Assembly (NCBI GenBank): GCA_044892525.1
Contig: CM097886.1
Location: 61,752,001 to 61,816,000, forward strand
DNA from: Schmidtea polychroa
Taxonomy: Eukaryota
Direction of reading: 5' to 3'
DNA: 64,000 bases
Positions within the stretch are counted from its first letter, which is position 1. Every line of letters begins with the position of its first letter. This document shows positions 54,049 through 64,000 of this stretch, piece by piece. The notes under the pieces are model-generated. The model searched no databases, had not been told where the DNA came from, and was given only the letters and a program-made list of their open reading frames with translations. Made by a program: the position numbers and the translations under genes.

Positions 54049-54546
54049 ATGGAAAATGAAAATGTTATTAAATCATCTGGTGAATATTATGACACTTCTA
54101 TTAGACCAAGTATCGACAGAATGATTGCTGCAAAAGATAGTGCTATAAATGATGCTGGAACCTCGTTTAAATTTACCAGTCAAACCATAGATTTTTGGTC
54201 AAATGCCACTAGTGGTTTTGTTCGTCGTTTCATGTCAAGGAATAATAAAGCAGAATATGGAACTGCCGAAAAGAAGGAATATGATATTCTATTTAATCGA
54301 GCTCTTAAAAGGATAATCACATCTCAAATGTTTACTAGCAAAAGTGTTGAACAATTATCTAATGTTTTGAATTCAATAGACGATCAATCAGTGACCAAAA
54401 TCAAAGAATGGTTGCAACAATATTATGATGACTTCACAGATGAAATGATAACAGTTGTGTTTTCTAATGTTAATAAAGAATACCAGTTTCTTAGTCGTAA
54501 TGTTTTCTGGAAACAATTATTATTATTATTATTATTAATATTTTAA
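54049..54546 (+). CDS. Hypothetical 165 aa protein at the edge of the Polinton; host or element origin unclear
   Basis: Clean ATG-initiated ORF, helical composition; C-terminus runs into a TTA microsatellite, so the true end is uncertain. Confidence 0.55.
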   Translation: MENENVIKSSGEYYDTSIRPSIDRMIAAKDSAINDAGTSFKFTSQTIDFWSNATSGFVRRFMSRNNKAEYGTAEKKEYDILFNRALKRIITSQMFTSKSVEQLSNVLNSIDDQSVTKIKEWLQQYYDDFTDEMITVVFSNVNKEYQFLSRNVFWKQLLLLLLLIF

Positions 54547-54593
54547 AATTATTTTCAAAGTTATTTTGAAAATTCTTCTTCTTCTTCTTCTTC

Positions 54594-54630
<37 letters not shown>

Positions 54631-54639
54631 TATTATTAT

Positions 54640-54966
54640 TATTATCATTATTATTATAATTTGCAAATATTCATAAAACCTAATTTCTACGTCAATTTCA
54701 TGATTTTCAACATTTTCATCATTTGCATGAATATTTTAATAATTTTCAATATTTTCATGATTTTCATAATTATTAATATTTTCATGGATTTTTAACATTT
54801 TCATAATTTTCTACATTTTCAATATTTTCATTATTATTTCAGGAACATTTTCATTAGTTGCATGAACATTTTCATGAAATATTTTTCAAAGTAATATTGT
54901 CAAAGAATTATTTTCAAAGAGTTTTTCAAAGTTCTTATTATTACTATTATTATTATTTACAAAGTT

Positions 54967-55013
<47 letters not shown>

Positions 55014-55166
55014 TGCAAATATTCATAAAACTTAATTTCTACGTCAATTTCATGATTTTCAACATTTTTATCATTTGCATGAATATTTTAATTATTTTCA
55101 ATATTTTTCATTATTTCTTTACTATTATTATTTTTTTAAATTATTATTTTTAAAGTTATTTTGAAA

Positions 55167-55199
<33 letters not shown>

Positions 55200-55390
55200 T
55201 GCGAAGTTCTTATTATTTTATTTTCGATGTTTCATTATTATTTACTTAAATATTCATAAAACTTAATTTCAACGTCAATTTCATTATTTTCAAATTTTTT
55301 ATCATTTGCATGAATATTTTAATTTTTTTCAATATTTTACATTATTTCTTTACTATTATTATTTTTTTAAATTATTATTTTTAAAGTTAT
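54640..55390. repeat. Three imperfect copies of an AT-rich 130-150 bp unit interspersed with (TTA)n
   Basis: Unit AAATATTCATAAAAC(C/T)TAATTTC(T/A)ACGTCAATTTCAT...TCATTTGCATGAATATTTTAAT near 54665, 55017 and 55248. Confidence 0.85.
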
Positions 55391-55502
55391 TTTGAAAGTT
55401 CTTCTTCTTATTATTATTATTAATATTTTAAAGGTTGTTCAAAGGGTTTATACACACGCAGGGAAATATTACTAATATTATTTTTATTACTATTATTACT
55501 TA

Positions 55503-55545
<43 letters not shown>

Positions 55546-55583
55546 ATTATTATTATTATTATTATATATGATTAAAAGAATAT

Positions 55584-58096
55584 TTAAAAATATAAAGTAA
55601 CATATAATCTAAACATATAATCTAACAAATTATTACAGTTATGCTGACTCCAAATTAGTTGAGCCTCAGCGTACTGATCTTCTGTAACATCAGACCAAAT
55701 AGGAGGTAATTCTAAAGTCGATTCAAGAACATCCAAAGAAGTAGCGAAATCATATGGAAAGATACCTTTAGAGTGAATCATCTACCCTTGAAAGACAGAC
55801 GAAGTTAACGGAAAAGTAGTAAGTGTTTTCACAGCTTTTGCTAAAGAACAATTAACAAATTGCATGCTGTCAATAAAACGAACAGGCAATTTGTTAATAT
55901 ATGCAATTAAAGATATAAATTTTTCTGTAGAGGTAGGTATAATATTAAGTTCCCAAAGGTGAAAATCACTGAGACCATGTTTTAAAATATGGTGGAGGTC
56001 ATAGCCTCGTAAATTATGAAAGACTACAGGTAACAACTTATTAATCCTGCGAGAGACATTGCATTTCCTACATGCCGCTCCGACATATCTACCTGTAAAA
56101 TGGCAATGATCTCTCACAGGATTAATAATAGATTTTTTACACAAGTAACAAATAGTGGTAGATCGAAAGGCACGCTCCTGAGCAAAAGACAAAGTAGACA
56201 TACCTTTACGACCTTCAAGTTCATAATATGGCAGGACAATTGTGACAGCAATTTCCTCCACTTTCCTCAAAAAATCCAAAATACAATTAGGTCCAAAAAA
56301 ATAATAATAAAATTTAGTGTTTGTATAATTATTAATTAATAAAAGACCTGCTGATATGGGTAAATGTATTTGATGATATGTTTCATGTTCTGGTAAAACC
56401 GATTCAAAATCGGCATAAATTACGAAGGGAGGTGTAACGGTTTTTGCGTAATCTGTGAATAATAAATCCTTATTTTTAGGAAGTGTATACAAGGTTGTGC
56501 CAGTCTGATTTTTACAGCATAGAGCAACATGCTGATCGAAAGCATTCTTATATCTAAAGCCATTTAAACAATGTGGGCACCAGTTACACCTTATTTGAAC
56601 GTTAACATTTTCATTTAAATGACAATTCATTAATTTGTCCAAGTCTGTCACGGCCGTATAATGATATTTATCTTTATTACTCAAAAGTAATAAATAAATT
56701 GGCCTACCATCTATAACCTTGGAGCGATGTACAATATTAAGATGAGGGTGGTGAGCTACATAATCCTCAGAAATATCACAATCAGAACTGGCTGGATTAT
56801 AAGACAGAACGTTTATGCTTAAATTTAAATCTGGATTTTTCCTTTCAAATTTGGGGATGTTACATAGCCTCATCGGGCAATCTGTGTTTTCATCATAATT
56901 TAATAGATGTAAATATTCTATATATTTGGCGGCTCTTTGATGATTACGACCTATTTCTTCTCTTTTTAAAAGTGCAAGAATGCTATACAAGAAACACTTA
57001 TGGTCGTTGTTTTTAACATTAATTATTGCGTGTTTTAATTTTAATGCAGATGGGGTTTTTATATAACTATGTCCGGATAATCTACTAACGGGTGCGTATT
57101 TCGTTAAAATAAAATCTATCTCTAAAATATTCATTACTCGCCACCCGCTTCCTAAATAAGTGAATTGCTCAATCTTTTTTTATTTAATTTGCTCACCCCC
57201 TCGTTTATAAAGTTTGATGTAAAAACTTGCGCATTGTTAGAAAAATAATTATCCCGGATCTCCCCATCTTTTTCAAATTTAATTAAAATTGTAAATTGAA
57301 TTTTTACATTGCCCATCTTTTCTATTTCCTCTATTAATCTTTCTTCAATTTTTGATGTTAGGGCTATTTTTACTAAGTTTTGATTTCTTATGTCAAACTT
57401 TTAATGTTTTTCGTGATCCGTTCAAATCGGATTCTACCATAGGTTCAAACAAAGAGCCGCCTATTTGACATATGTTGAAAGACGTTGAAGCTACACATTC
57501 ATCATTGATGACTATCACTTCTTGTTGTGTAGAGGGTGCTTGTTGTGTAAAGGGTGCTTGCTGTGTGAACGATGTTGAAGCTTCACATTCATCTTTGCTG
57601 ATGACTATCACTTCAGGTCGCGATAATTTATTAGGAATATAATTTTTAATTAAACCAGCAGGTCTTTTAATAGAATCTTTTTTAATAATAATAGGATCTT
57701 TTTTAATAATAATAGGATCTTTTTTAATAATAATAGTATCTTTTTTAATAGTATCTGTTTTTTCTTTCATAATATTTTTTTTAATATTTTTTTTAATATT
57801 TTTTAAATCTTTTTTAATAATATTTTTTTGTAAATTTTTTTCTAAATTTTTTTTTAATTTTTTTTTATTTTTATTTATTTTTTTAAATAAAACAATTTTT
57901 GAAATCGAAAATTGCCCTAAGTGACTATGATGTTTATTAAAAAATGTCATATATTTTATTTTTTCGCTAGTCACGCATTTGGGGCATATTAAAAAGTTGA
58001 CTGAATTAAACTTTTTTCGGTAATATTTTCTCATTGTATCATGACATTTGTCGTTATGGCCAATTGAGGATTGGCAATAATTTGGGTATAGTCTAC
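55584..58096 (-). pseudogene. Protein-primed family B DNA polymerase, disrupted and 3'-truncated
   Basis: GSGW...GHSYIKTP..AIINVKNNDHKCF, IYADFES, endonuclease-VII-like CYLC..VRDHCHFTGRYVGAAC..CN, VVFHNLRGYDLH, RFIDS, KGIFPYD. In-frame TAG at 55782-55784, frameshifts near 57180 and 57340-57400; polymerase motifs absent after about 55600. Confidence 0.9.
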
Positions 58097-58154
58097 CTGT
58101 TAAATAATAAAATTAAAGTTTTATTCTTTTCTATATTGAAAACTAATTGTTACA

Positions 58155-58228
58155 TCTATAAGGATTTATCATCATTTGTTATTTAATTCAAATGAACTTT
58201 ATAACAAATGATGATAAATCCTTATAGA
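58155..58228. other. Perfect 28 bp inverted repeat with 18 nt loop
   Basis: TCTATAAGGATTTATCATCATTTGTTAT (58155-58182) is the exact reverse complement of 58201-58228. Confidence 0.95.
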
Positions 58229-58329
58229 AAATAGGTTAATATATTCGAGAGAATATTAGAGAGATTTTAGTAGATAGGTCAGATTATTATTATTATTATT
58301 ATATGAATATGTTAAATATTAGAGAGACT

Positions 58330-58554
58330 ATAGTAGCTACATGCTCACTGTAGACTACAGTAAATGGGTCAGATTATATTATTATTTATATTATTATCAT
58401 TATTATTTATATTATTATTATTAAAGACAAGTAGCTGCATGCTCACTGCAGACTACTATATAGCTACATGCTTACTGTAGACTATATTATTATTTATATT
58501 AAAGAGAAGTAGCTGCATGCTCACTGCAGACTACTATGTAGCTACATGCTTACT
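58330..58554. repeat. Minisatellite of TAGCT(A/G)CATGCT(C/T)ACTG(T/C)AGACTA units abutting a gap
   Basis: About five copies (last partial), irregularly spaced by AT-rich linkers. Confidence 0.85.
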
Positions 58555-59321
58555 NNNNNNNNNNNNNNNNNNNNNNNNNNNNNNNNNNNNNNNNNNNNNN
58601 NNNNNNNNNNNNNNNNNNNNNNNNNNNNNNNNNNNNNNNNNNNNNNNNNNNNNNNNNNNNNNNNNNNNNNNNNNNNNNNNNNNNNNTGCAAACTACAAGG
58701 ATTTTATAACTATAATTTCGTAATAACTTTTTTAAATATTTTCATAATAATTTCAAAAACGTAGTATTTACTTCATATAATCATTTTCATCATAAATCAT
58801 AAATCATTTTCTTCATAATTTTCGTCATAAGTTTCATCATAATTTTGGTCATAAATCATTTTCATTTTCTTCATAAATTTTCGTCATTATTTCATAATAA
58901 ATCATTTTCATCATAATTTCATAATAAATCATTTTCATCATAATTTTGGTCATAAATCATAAAGCATTTTCATCATAATTTTGGTCATAATTTCATAATA
59001 AATCATTTTCATCATAATTTCATAATAAATCATTTTCATCATAATTTTGGTCATAAATCATAAATCATTTTCATCATAAATTTTCTTCATATTTTCATCA
59101 TAATCATTTTCTTCATAAATCATTTTTTCATCATAATTTTTTTTTTGGCATATTTTCATCAAAAAATCATTTTCTTCAAGAGTTTCATTATAATTTTTAT
59201 CCAAATATTTAAAAAATTTTTATCAAAATGTTTTTATGAAAATATTTAAAAAAGTTATTACGAAATTTTAAATATATGTAAAAAAAAATATATATATATA
59301 TAAAAAATAAATAATTCTTAC

Positions 59322-60075
59322 ATTGGGATTCCATGTCGGAATCATCCTCAGACAGGATATTACCAATTTCATCATCATCTTCAGAGAGGGCATTGATATT
59401 ATTACCAATTTCATCATCATCATCATCTTCAGAGATGACATTGACATTATTACCAATTTCATCTTCAGAGAGGACATTGACATTATTATTATTAATTTCA
59501 TCATCAGAGAGGACATTGACATTATTATTATTATTTTCAGAGAGGGCATTGACATTATTATTATTAATTTCATCTGCATCAATGTCAACATTGAAAACTG
59601 GGGCAATTGAAACATTTCCTAAAATGAAAAAAAAAATTAATTTAATAAAAATTAAAATTATAAATTTACCAAAGATCTTATTAGGAGCATCAGTTTGCCC
59701 AAGAAAGACGACATCATCGTCGCTATTTTCATTATCATTTTCTGTAATGAAAAAATTAATTTAATAACAATTAAAATTATAAATTTACCAAAGATCTTAT
59801 TAGGAGCATCAGTTTGCCCAAGAAAGACGACATCATCGTCGTCGCTATTTAAAACCTTTTCTAAAATGCAAAAATTAATTTAATAAAAATAAAAATTATA
59901 AATTTACCAAAGATATTTTCCACATTTAAAATCGAATCGTCTTCGGTAACCTCATACCAGTCGAATGGTTCTAAAAGAATAAAATAAAATATAATAAAAT
60001 AGAATAAAATAAATTACCATTCGTCAAAAGACTTCTCAAAACGCGATTGTTAATAGGTAAATTGTTATTTTGCAT
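59322..60075 (-). CDS. Spliced acidic low-complexity ORF inside the Polinton (exons 60075-60018, 59970-59908, 59860-59789, 59741-59670, 59618-59322; 3' end unresolved)
   Basis: Four GT-AG phase-1 introns (47, 47, 47, 51 nt) join 187 stop-free codons: MQNNNLPINNRVLRSLLTN-EPFDWYEV...-SDDDDVVFLGQTDAPNKIF x2 -...(NNVNVLSEDDEIG)n; a further GTAAG donor at 59321. Confidence 0.72.
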
Positions 60076-60638
60076 TTTAGTTAGTTAAAGTGATTTTTGA
60101 AAAATTTAGAAAAATTGTGACAAATTTTAGATTTGTCAATGTTTATAAAGAGAATGAATATTTTCCTGTCCCAGCATATGAGAATATAGACACACACACA
60201 TATACACTGAATATTTTACTCTCTCAACCAATACACGCATGCATGTATGTAATGTAAATCACTCAGAATTACATGTGACTGCCTTTGTTAGTCATGCCTT
60301 TGTTAACTTGCACTGTGCATGCTTCAGGCATAGGTAGTCTTTATGTTACAAATAATAATANNNNNNNNNNNNNNNNNNNNNNNNNNNNNNNNNNNNNNNN
60401 NNNNNNNNNNNNNNNNNNNNNNNNNNNNNNNNNNNNNNNNNNNNNNNNNNNNNNNNNNNNNNNNNNNNNNNNNNNNNNNNNNNNNNNNNNNNNNNNNNNN
60501 NNNNNNNNNNNNNNNNNNNNNNNNNNNNNNNNNNNNNNNNNNNNNNNNNNNNNNNNNNNNNNNNNNNNNNNNNNNNNNNNNNAACAACAAAGGAAAGGAT
60601 ACATTTATTAAACATCAAATTTTATTAAACATTTTTCT

Positions 60639-61024
60639 TTAAACATCAATTTTTTTGTACAATAACCAAGCTAAACAATGTTGACCACATGTTTGGGTCA
60701 AGGGATTTTGAAACATAGTTTTATTATACACAATAGGTTTCCCCATTGTTTGTAGTTTTGATATCAACAAAGCTGGGTAATAAAAACCCATAGGATCGAA
60801 CACGAATATATTACCAGGTTTCACATATATAGCTATCCAATGTTCTCCACCAAGATGAGACGATTGAGTATTGACGATTATTGCTTGATTATTGCTCAAA
60901 TATGGAATTTTATCAAGAGGAAAAACTCCAACAAATTCATTTCCCAATATCTGTTTTCCGATTTTATTGACCTGAACAGAACTACTTAAATAAATCCAGA
61001 GTATAAAAAAACAACTTACTCCAT
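60639..61024 (-). CDS. Adenain-like cysteine protease, 116 aa, with a predicted 35 nt intron (61019-60985)
   Basis: GVFPLD, IVNT..GGEHW, VFDPMG, QNPLTQTCGQHC. No in-frame ATG in the main exon; ATG GA|GTAAGT...TTTAAG|T AGT restores an MDSSVQ start. Confidence 0.85.
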
Positions 61025-61051
61025 GATAACTTTTTGTGTTTCAATATACAT

Positions 61052-62272
61052 TTATACCAACACAGTTCTATTTGCAGTAATTTGAACTTCATTTTCAAAT
61101 ACTCCATATATTATAACATGTACTGGTTCAGTAATAGCTTTTGCAAACTTTATATCCAGTCGTAAATTTCCATTTTGAGGTAATTGACTTTGATTTAAAT
61201 CAAAATCAGGGGCTAAAACAAATGTAAAAAATGGGTATTTGCTTTTAAAATCTTCTAGAGTTATTCCGCAATTCAAATTTTTATCTAAATAACCCAGATT
61301 TCTAACAATACTCTGCATATATGTCGCACAGAAATTGTCATTCTCGAAATCTTGAATATATGTTTCTCGATAATCAGTATTTTTCGACAAAGTCAATGAA
61401 GTAACATTAAAGTTTTTGAAAATTGAGCTGGACGCAGTATATGATCCATTATATTGTGTTTCACTTTGAAATGTTATCAGAATAAAATTAGGCATTCTTC
61501 TGTCACCAAATATTTGTTCTTTATAGAATGATGAAGCACCTTTAGCAATAGCAAATTGTACAATTTCCTTTGTTTTTAATGGATAAATTGCATGTTTTGA
61601 ATTAAGACCCAATTGATGACCTGCTAATACTGAGGGGTCTACTCGTACTCTTCTCACCAATAATTTAGCATCAACTAATTGACATATTGGTGTAGTAGTT
61701 GCACTAGTAAGAGATAATGCAGAATCAGACCTTTTCAGTCTAATATGTACATTAACTCCCGGTAGTAAATATTTCGGTTGATCCATAAAATCAAGTTTTA
61801 ATGATGAGCACATGGTGAAAACCTTTGAGCCTTTTACCCACTTTTTTCTTTCATCATCATTGCCATAACCCATAGGAGTAAGACATGTATTTTTAGTATC
61901 GGAATTGTAATTTAAAATAGTTTCTATTAATGCCTTGTGAATGAATGTATTATTTCCGCCCTCAATCTTGATATTATTAAATCCTAACACTGCATCTTTA
62001 AAAAGAGTATGAAACAGGAAATTGTTCGGTATTACATCTGCATTGGCATCCAAAACGTTTCTATCTTTATCTACAACCTTAATCTGAACAGTCAATAAAG
62101 TATCGTTCAAATCTAAATATTCGGTTTGCGAACCATTAATATAAAACTCGATATCATTTCTACTATCGGTAATTGAATTCATAGGAAAAACTTCCTCAAA
62201 TGCCCCAAATTCTATTACAGCCTGGGGCGATGGTCTATCAAATATACATAATTCAGATTTACCACAAATCAT
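61052..62272 (-). CDS. Polinton major capsid protein (double jelly-roll, hexon-like), 406 aa, intact ORF
   Basis: CGKSELCIF..P...IE...EEVFP...IEFYI.G....YLDLNDTLL N-terminus and GNLRLDIKFAKAI...IIYGVFEN C-terminus typical of Polinton MCP. Confidence 0.92.
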   Translation of the reverse strand: MICGKSELCIFDRPSPQAVIEFGAFEEVFPMNSITDSRNDIEFYINGSQTEYLDLNDTLLTVQIKVVDKDRNVLDANADVIPNNFLFHTLFKDAVLGFNNIKIEGGNNTFIHKALIETILNYNSDTKNTCLTPMGYGNDDERKKWVKGSKVFTMCSSLKLDFMDQPKYLLPGVNVHIRLKRSDSALSLTSATTTPICQLVDAKLLVRRVRVDPSVLAGHQLGLNSKHAIYPLKTKEIVQFAIAKGASSFYKEQIFGDRRMPNFILITFQSETQYNGSYTASSSIFKNFNVTSLTLSKNTDYRETYIQDFENDNFCATYMQSIVRNLGYLDKNLNCGITLEDFKSKYPFFTFVLAPDFDLNQSQLPQNGNLRLDIKFAKAITEPVHVIIYGVFENEVQITANRTVLV

Positions 62273-62643
62273 TTTGCAAATATAGTTCCATGACCTTTCA
62301 TTCGTTTGTTTATACGTGATATTCCATGTCTTTTACGTTTTGGAGCATGAGCTGGAGCTGGAGCTGGAGGTTTTTCTTTTTGAAACATACCTGCAACCCC
62401 TGGTAAAACTTTCCCTAATTCTGCTAAAGCATTTGTTTTTAGAGATGGTAATATTTTCTGTTCATTCATAATAACATCTTTTGCAGTTTTCATACCAAAA
62501 CTACCAATACGTTTAAGAATAGGCAGGGCAAATCTACCAATTGTTCTCAACCATCCTGATCCGTACTGTTTACCAATAAAATATGGTAAATCACCACCAG
62601 ATTGGCTACCGCTATACATACTAATAATATCAGAATTAGCCAT
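62269..62643 (-). CDS. Small Gly-rich, basic-tailed virion core-like protein, 124 aa
   Basis: QSGG and QYGSGW motifs resembling adenain cleavage sites, amphipathic segment WLRTIGRFALPILKRIG, basic C-terminus; sits between minor and major capsid genes. Confidence 0.7.
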   Translation of the reverse strand: MANSDIISMYSGSQSGGDLPYFIGKQYGSGWLRTIGRFALPILKRIGSFGMKTAKDVIMNEQKILPSLKTNALAELGKVLPGVAGMFQKEKPPAPAPAHAPKRKRHGISRINKRMKGHGTIFAK

Positions 62644-63702
62644 TTATTTTACGAAAATGTAATGTCAAATGAGTTTTTGAACCTTTTGGAAATTCGATTA
62701 ATTGACCAGAATCATCTCTTATATTTATTTCTATATTGTTTATACAAGATGTTGAAACAGGTAGATACATGGGATTTTCTACATTGATTTGTACAACTTC
62801 ATCTTGATCATGTTTTTCAATCCATATAGATTTCATTAAAGGAACACTAGAATCACCAACAATAACTGGTTCCACGATATTACTGTAAATGAACATTTGC
62901 TGATGATGTTTAAGGATTTTCGGGTTGTTGTTCCTTCACAAATTTGTTCATTTTGTGTACATACTGGTTTAGTCAATCCTAATGTTTTTGTCAAATTTGA
63001 GTCAAATTTAACTTGACTAAGATTAGAATTTATACTAAATCTAAATACTTTATCTTTTTGAAGCTCGAAAACTGTTAAAATATCGCTACAATTATCACCT
63101 AAATAAGATTGTAATTGTTCGAGGTCTGTAATATATAAATTATCTTTAAAAGTATATGCATGCTCTGTTATTTCAATGTATGATAGCTTAAATTTGAATT
63201 TAACTAAATTATTAGTTTTTGGAAGTGTAGAGAGATTTATTTTGACTGTATCATTAAATACATTACGTAAATCAGTAAATCCAAGACGTTTAACATCAGC
63301 CACTGTAGAAAATAAAATTTCGAAAGGCTTATTCAAACAATTCATGTATAAATATTGACCATCATCATAAATTATAGGTTTCCTTGATTTCGATGAACTC
63401 GTCAAGTTATAACTATCTTTATCAATAAGAACACTAATATATTCCGTTACTGCTACTTTCTTATTATATTCAATAACTGATTTGCTATAGATTGGGAATA
63501 AATTGTATACAAATGTAAAATCCAACAGAGCAACTTCCCAGTCATTATCCAAATAGATAGGGTTTTGGAGTTCGATGATGAATTTGCTTGCTTGATTTTC
63601 TGGATGAATTAATGGACAACTATTGCTCGGCAAAATAGTATAAAAATTCACTTTACTAGTTCTTTTGCTGATATCCATGACGGGTTTTGATAACCATGCC
63701 AT
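62636..63702 (-). pseudogene. Minor capsid (penton-like) protein split by one frameshift near 62910
   Basis: FYTILPSNS..NQASKFIIEL..WEVAL (N-part) and IYSNIVEPVIVGDSSVPL..YLPV..IEINIRDDSG..LTLHF (C-part) in different frames. Confidence 0.85.
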
Positions 63703-64000
63703 TTGACATAGTATTGTTTATCCTTACCGACCTTTTTAGTTTTCAATATTTTTTGAATTCTAAATACTTTTGGGGGAGGAATGACTTGTAATTCCTGCTC
63801 ATAAAATTTCAATTGTACAATATTATTATCATTGTCTTTGATGACATACATTACAGGATTCTGTTTAGTATTTATTTTTGAAATTACAAAGACTTCATCA
63901 CTCCAATTTGTATCAAAATTTTTAATAAATGGTGATGCACTAATTTTACTAATTCTAACATGGTCACCGACTTTATATTTAGGTTTTGCAATTTTTACAG
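63648..64000 (-). CDS. C-terminal end of retroviral-type integrase with chromodomain-like tail (partial)
   Basis: KYKVGDHVRISK...NWSDEVFVI...KFYEQELQ...KILK...YYVKWHGY..SWI, typical of Polinton integrases. Confidence 0.88.
   Translation of the reverse strand, partial: VKIAKPKYKVGDHVRISKISASPFIKNFDTNWSDEVFVISKINTKQNPVMYVIKDNDNNIVQLKFYEQELQVIPPPKVFRIQKILKTKKVGKDKQYYVKWHGYQNPSWISAKELVK

Larger units (their letters stand above)
55584..64000 (-). mobile_element. Endogenous Polinton/Maverick (adintovirus-like) element, continuing beyond the window
   Basis: Co-oriented integrase, minor capsid, core-like protein, major capsid, adenain protease and protein-primed PolB; tight gene packing with ATGA-type stop/start overlap at 62269-62272. 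Confidence 0.95.

Noticed and set aside
58330-58554. Spaced repeats resembling a CRISPR array
   Set aside because: Eukaryotic context, irregular low-complexity linkers, no cas genes.
59268-59883. Ser-rich, Ile-rich and Met-rich ORFs in the track
   Set aside because: Antisense or alternate-frame shadows of the spliced acidic ORF.
62880-62960. Possible intron explaining the penton frameshift
   Set aside because: No GT-AG pair I tested restores the frame; a single-base indel is simpler.
1-64000. rRNA, tRNA or snRNA genes
   Set aside because: None recognised by eye; tRNAscan-SE and Infernal would be needed to exclude them.

Overview
Very AT-rich eukaryotic genomic DNA with short (about 35-90 nt) GT-AG introns, three assembly gaps (23605-23840, 58555-58686, 60361-60582) and dense transposon debris (pogo/Tigger, several hAT lineages and MITEs, Ty3/gypsy relics, a Penelope-like element). 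The host genes are strongly diverged, which suggests a reduced or parasitic lineage (inference only; no taxon can be named from this window). Recognisable host genes are a multi-exon NAT10/KRE33 (+, 8207 to about 15480), a single-exon KEOPS subunit PCC1/LAGE3 (-, 37464-37796) and a five-exon gene (-, 44333-45971). That last gene reads as a complete RNA polymerase I/III subunit AC40 (RPAC1) joined in frame, with no stop, to a complete AC19 (RPAC2). This single-chain alpha-like heterodimer is the top finding. The last ~9 kb is an endogenous Polinton/Maverick (adintovirus-like) element: integrase end, minor capsid, core-like protein, major capsid, adenain protease and a decayed protein-primed PolB. 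It appears to carry spliceosomal introns, one in the protease gene and four in an acidic, exon-duplicated ORF that could splice onto PolB. NAT10 keeps its ATPase motifs but has substitutions in conserved acetyltransferase motifs. All homology calls come from motif recognition by eye; no searches were run.
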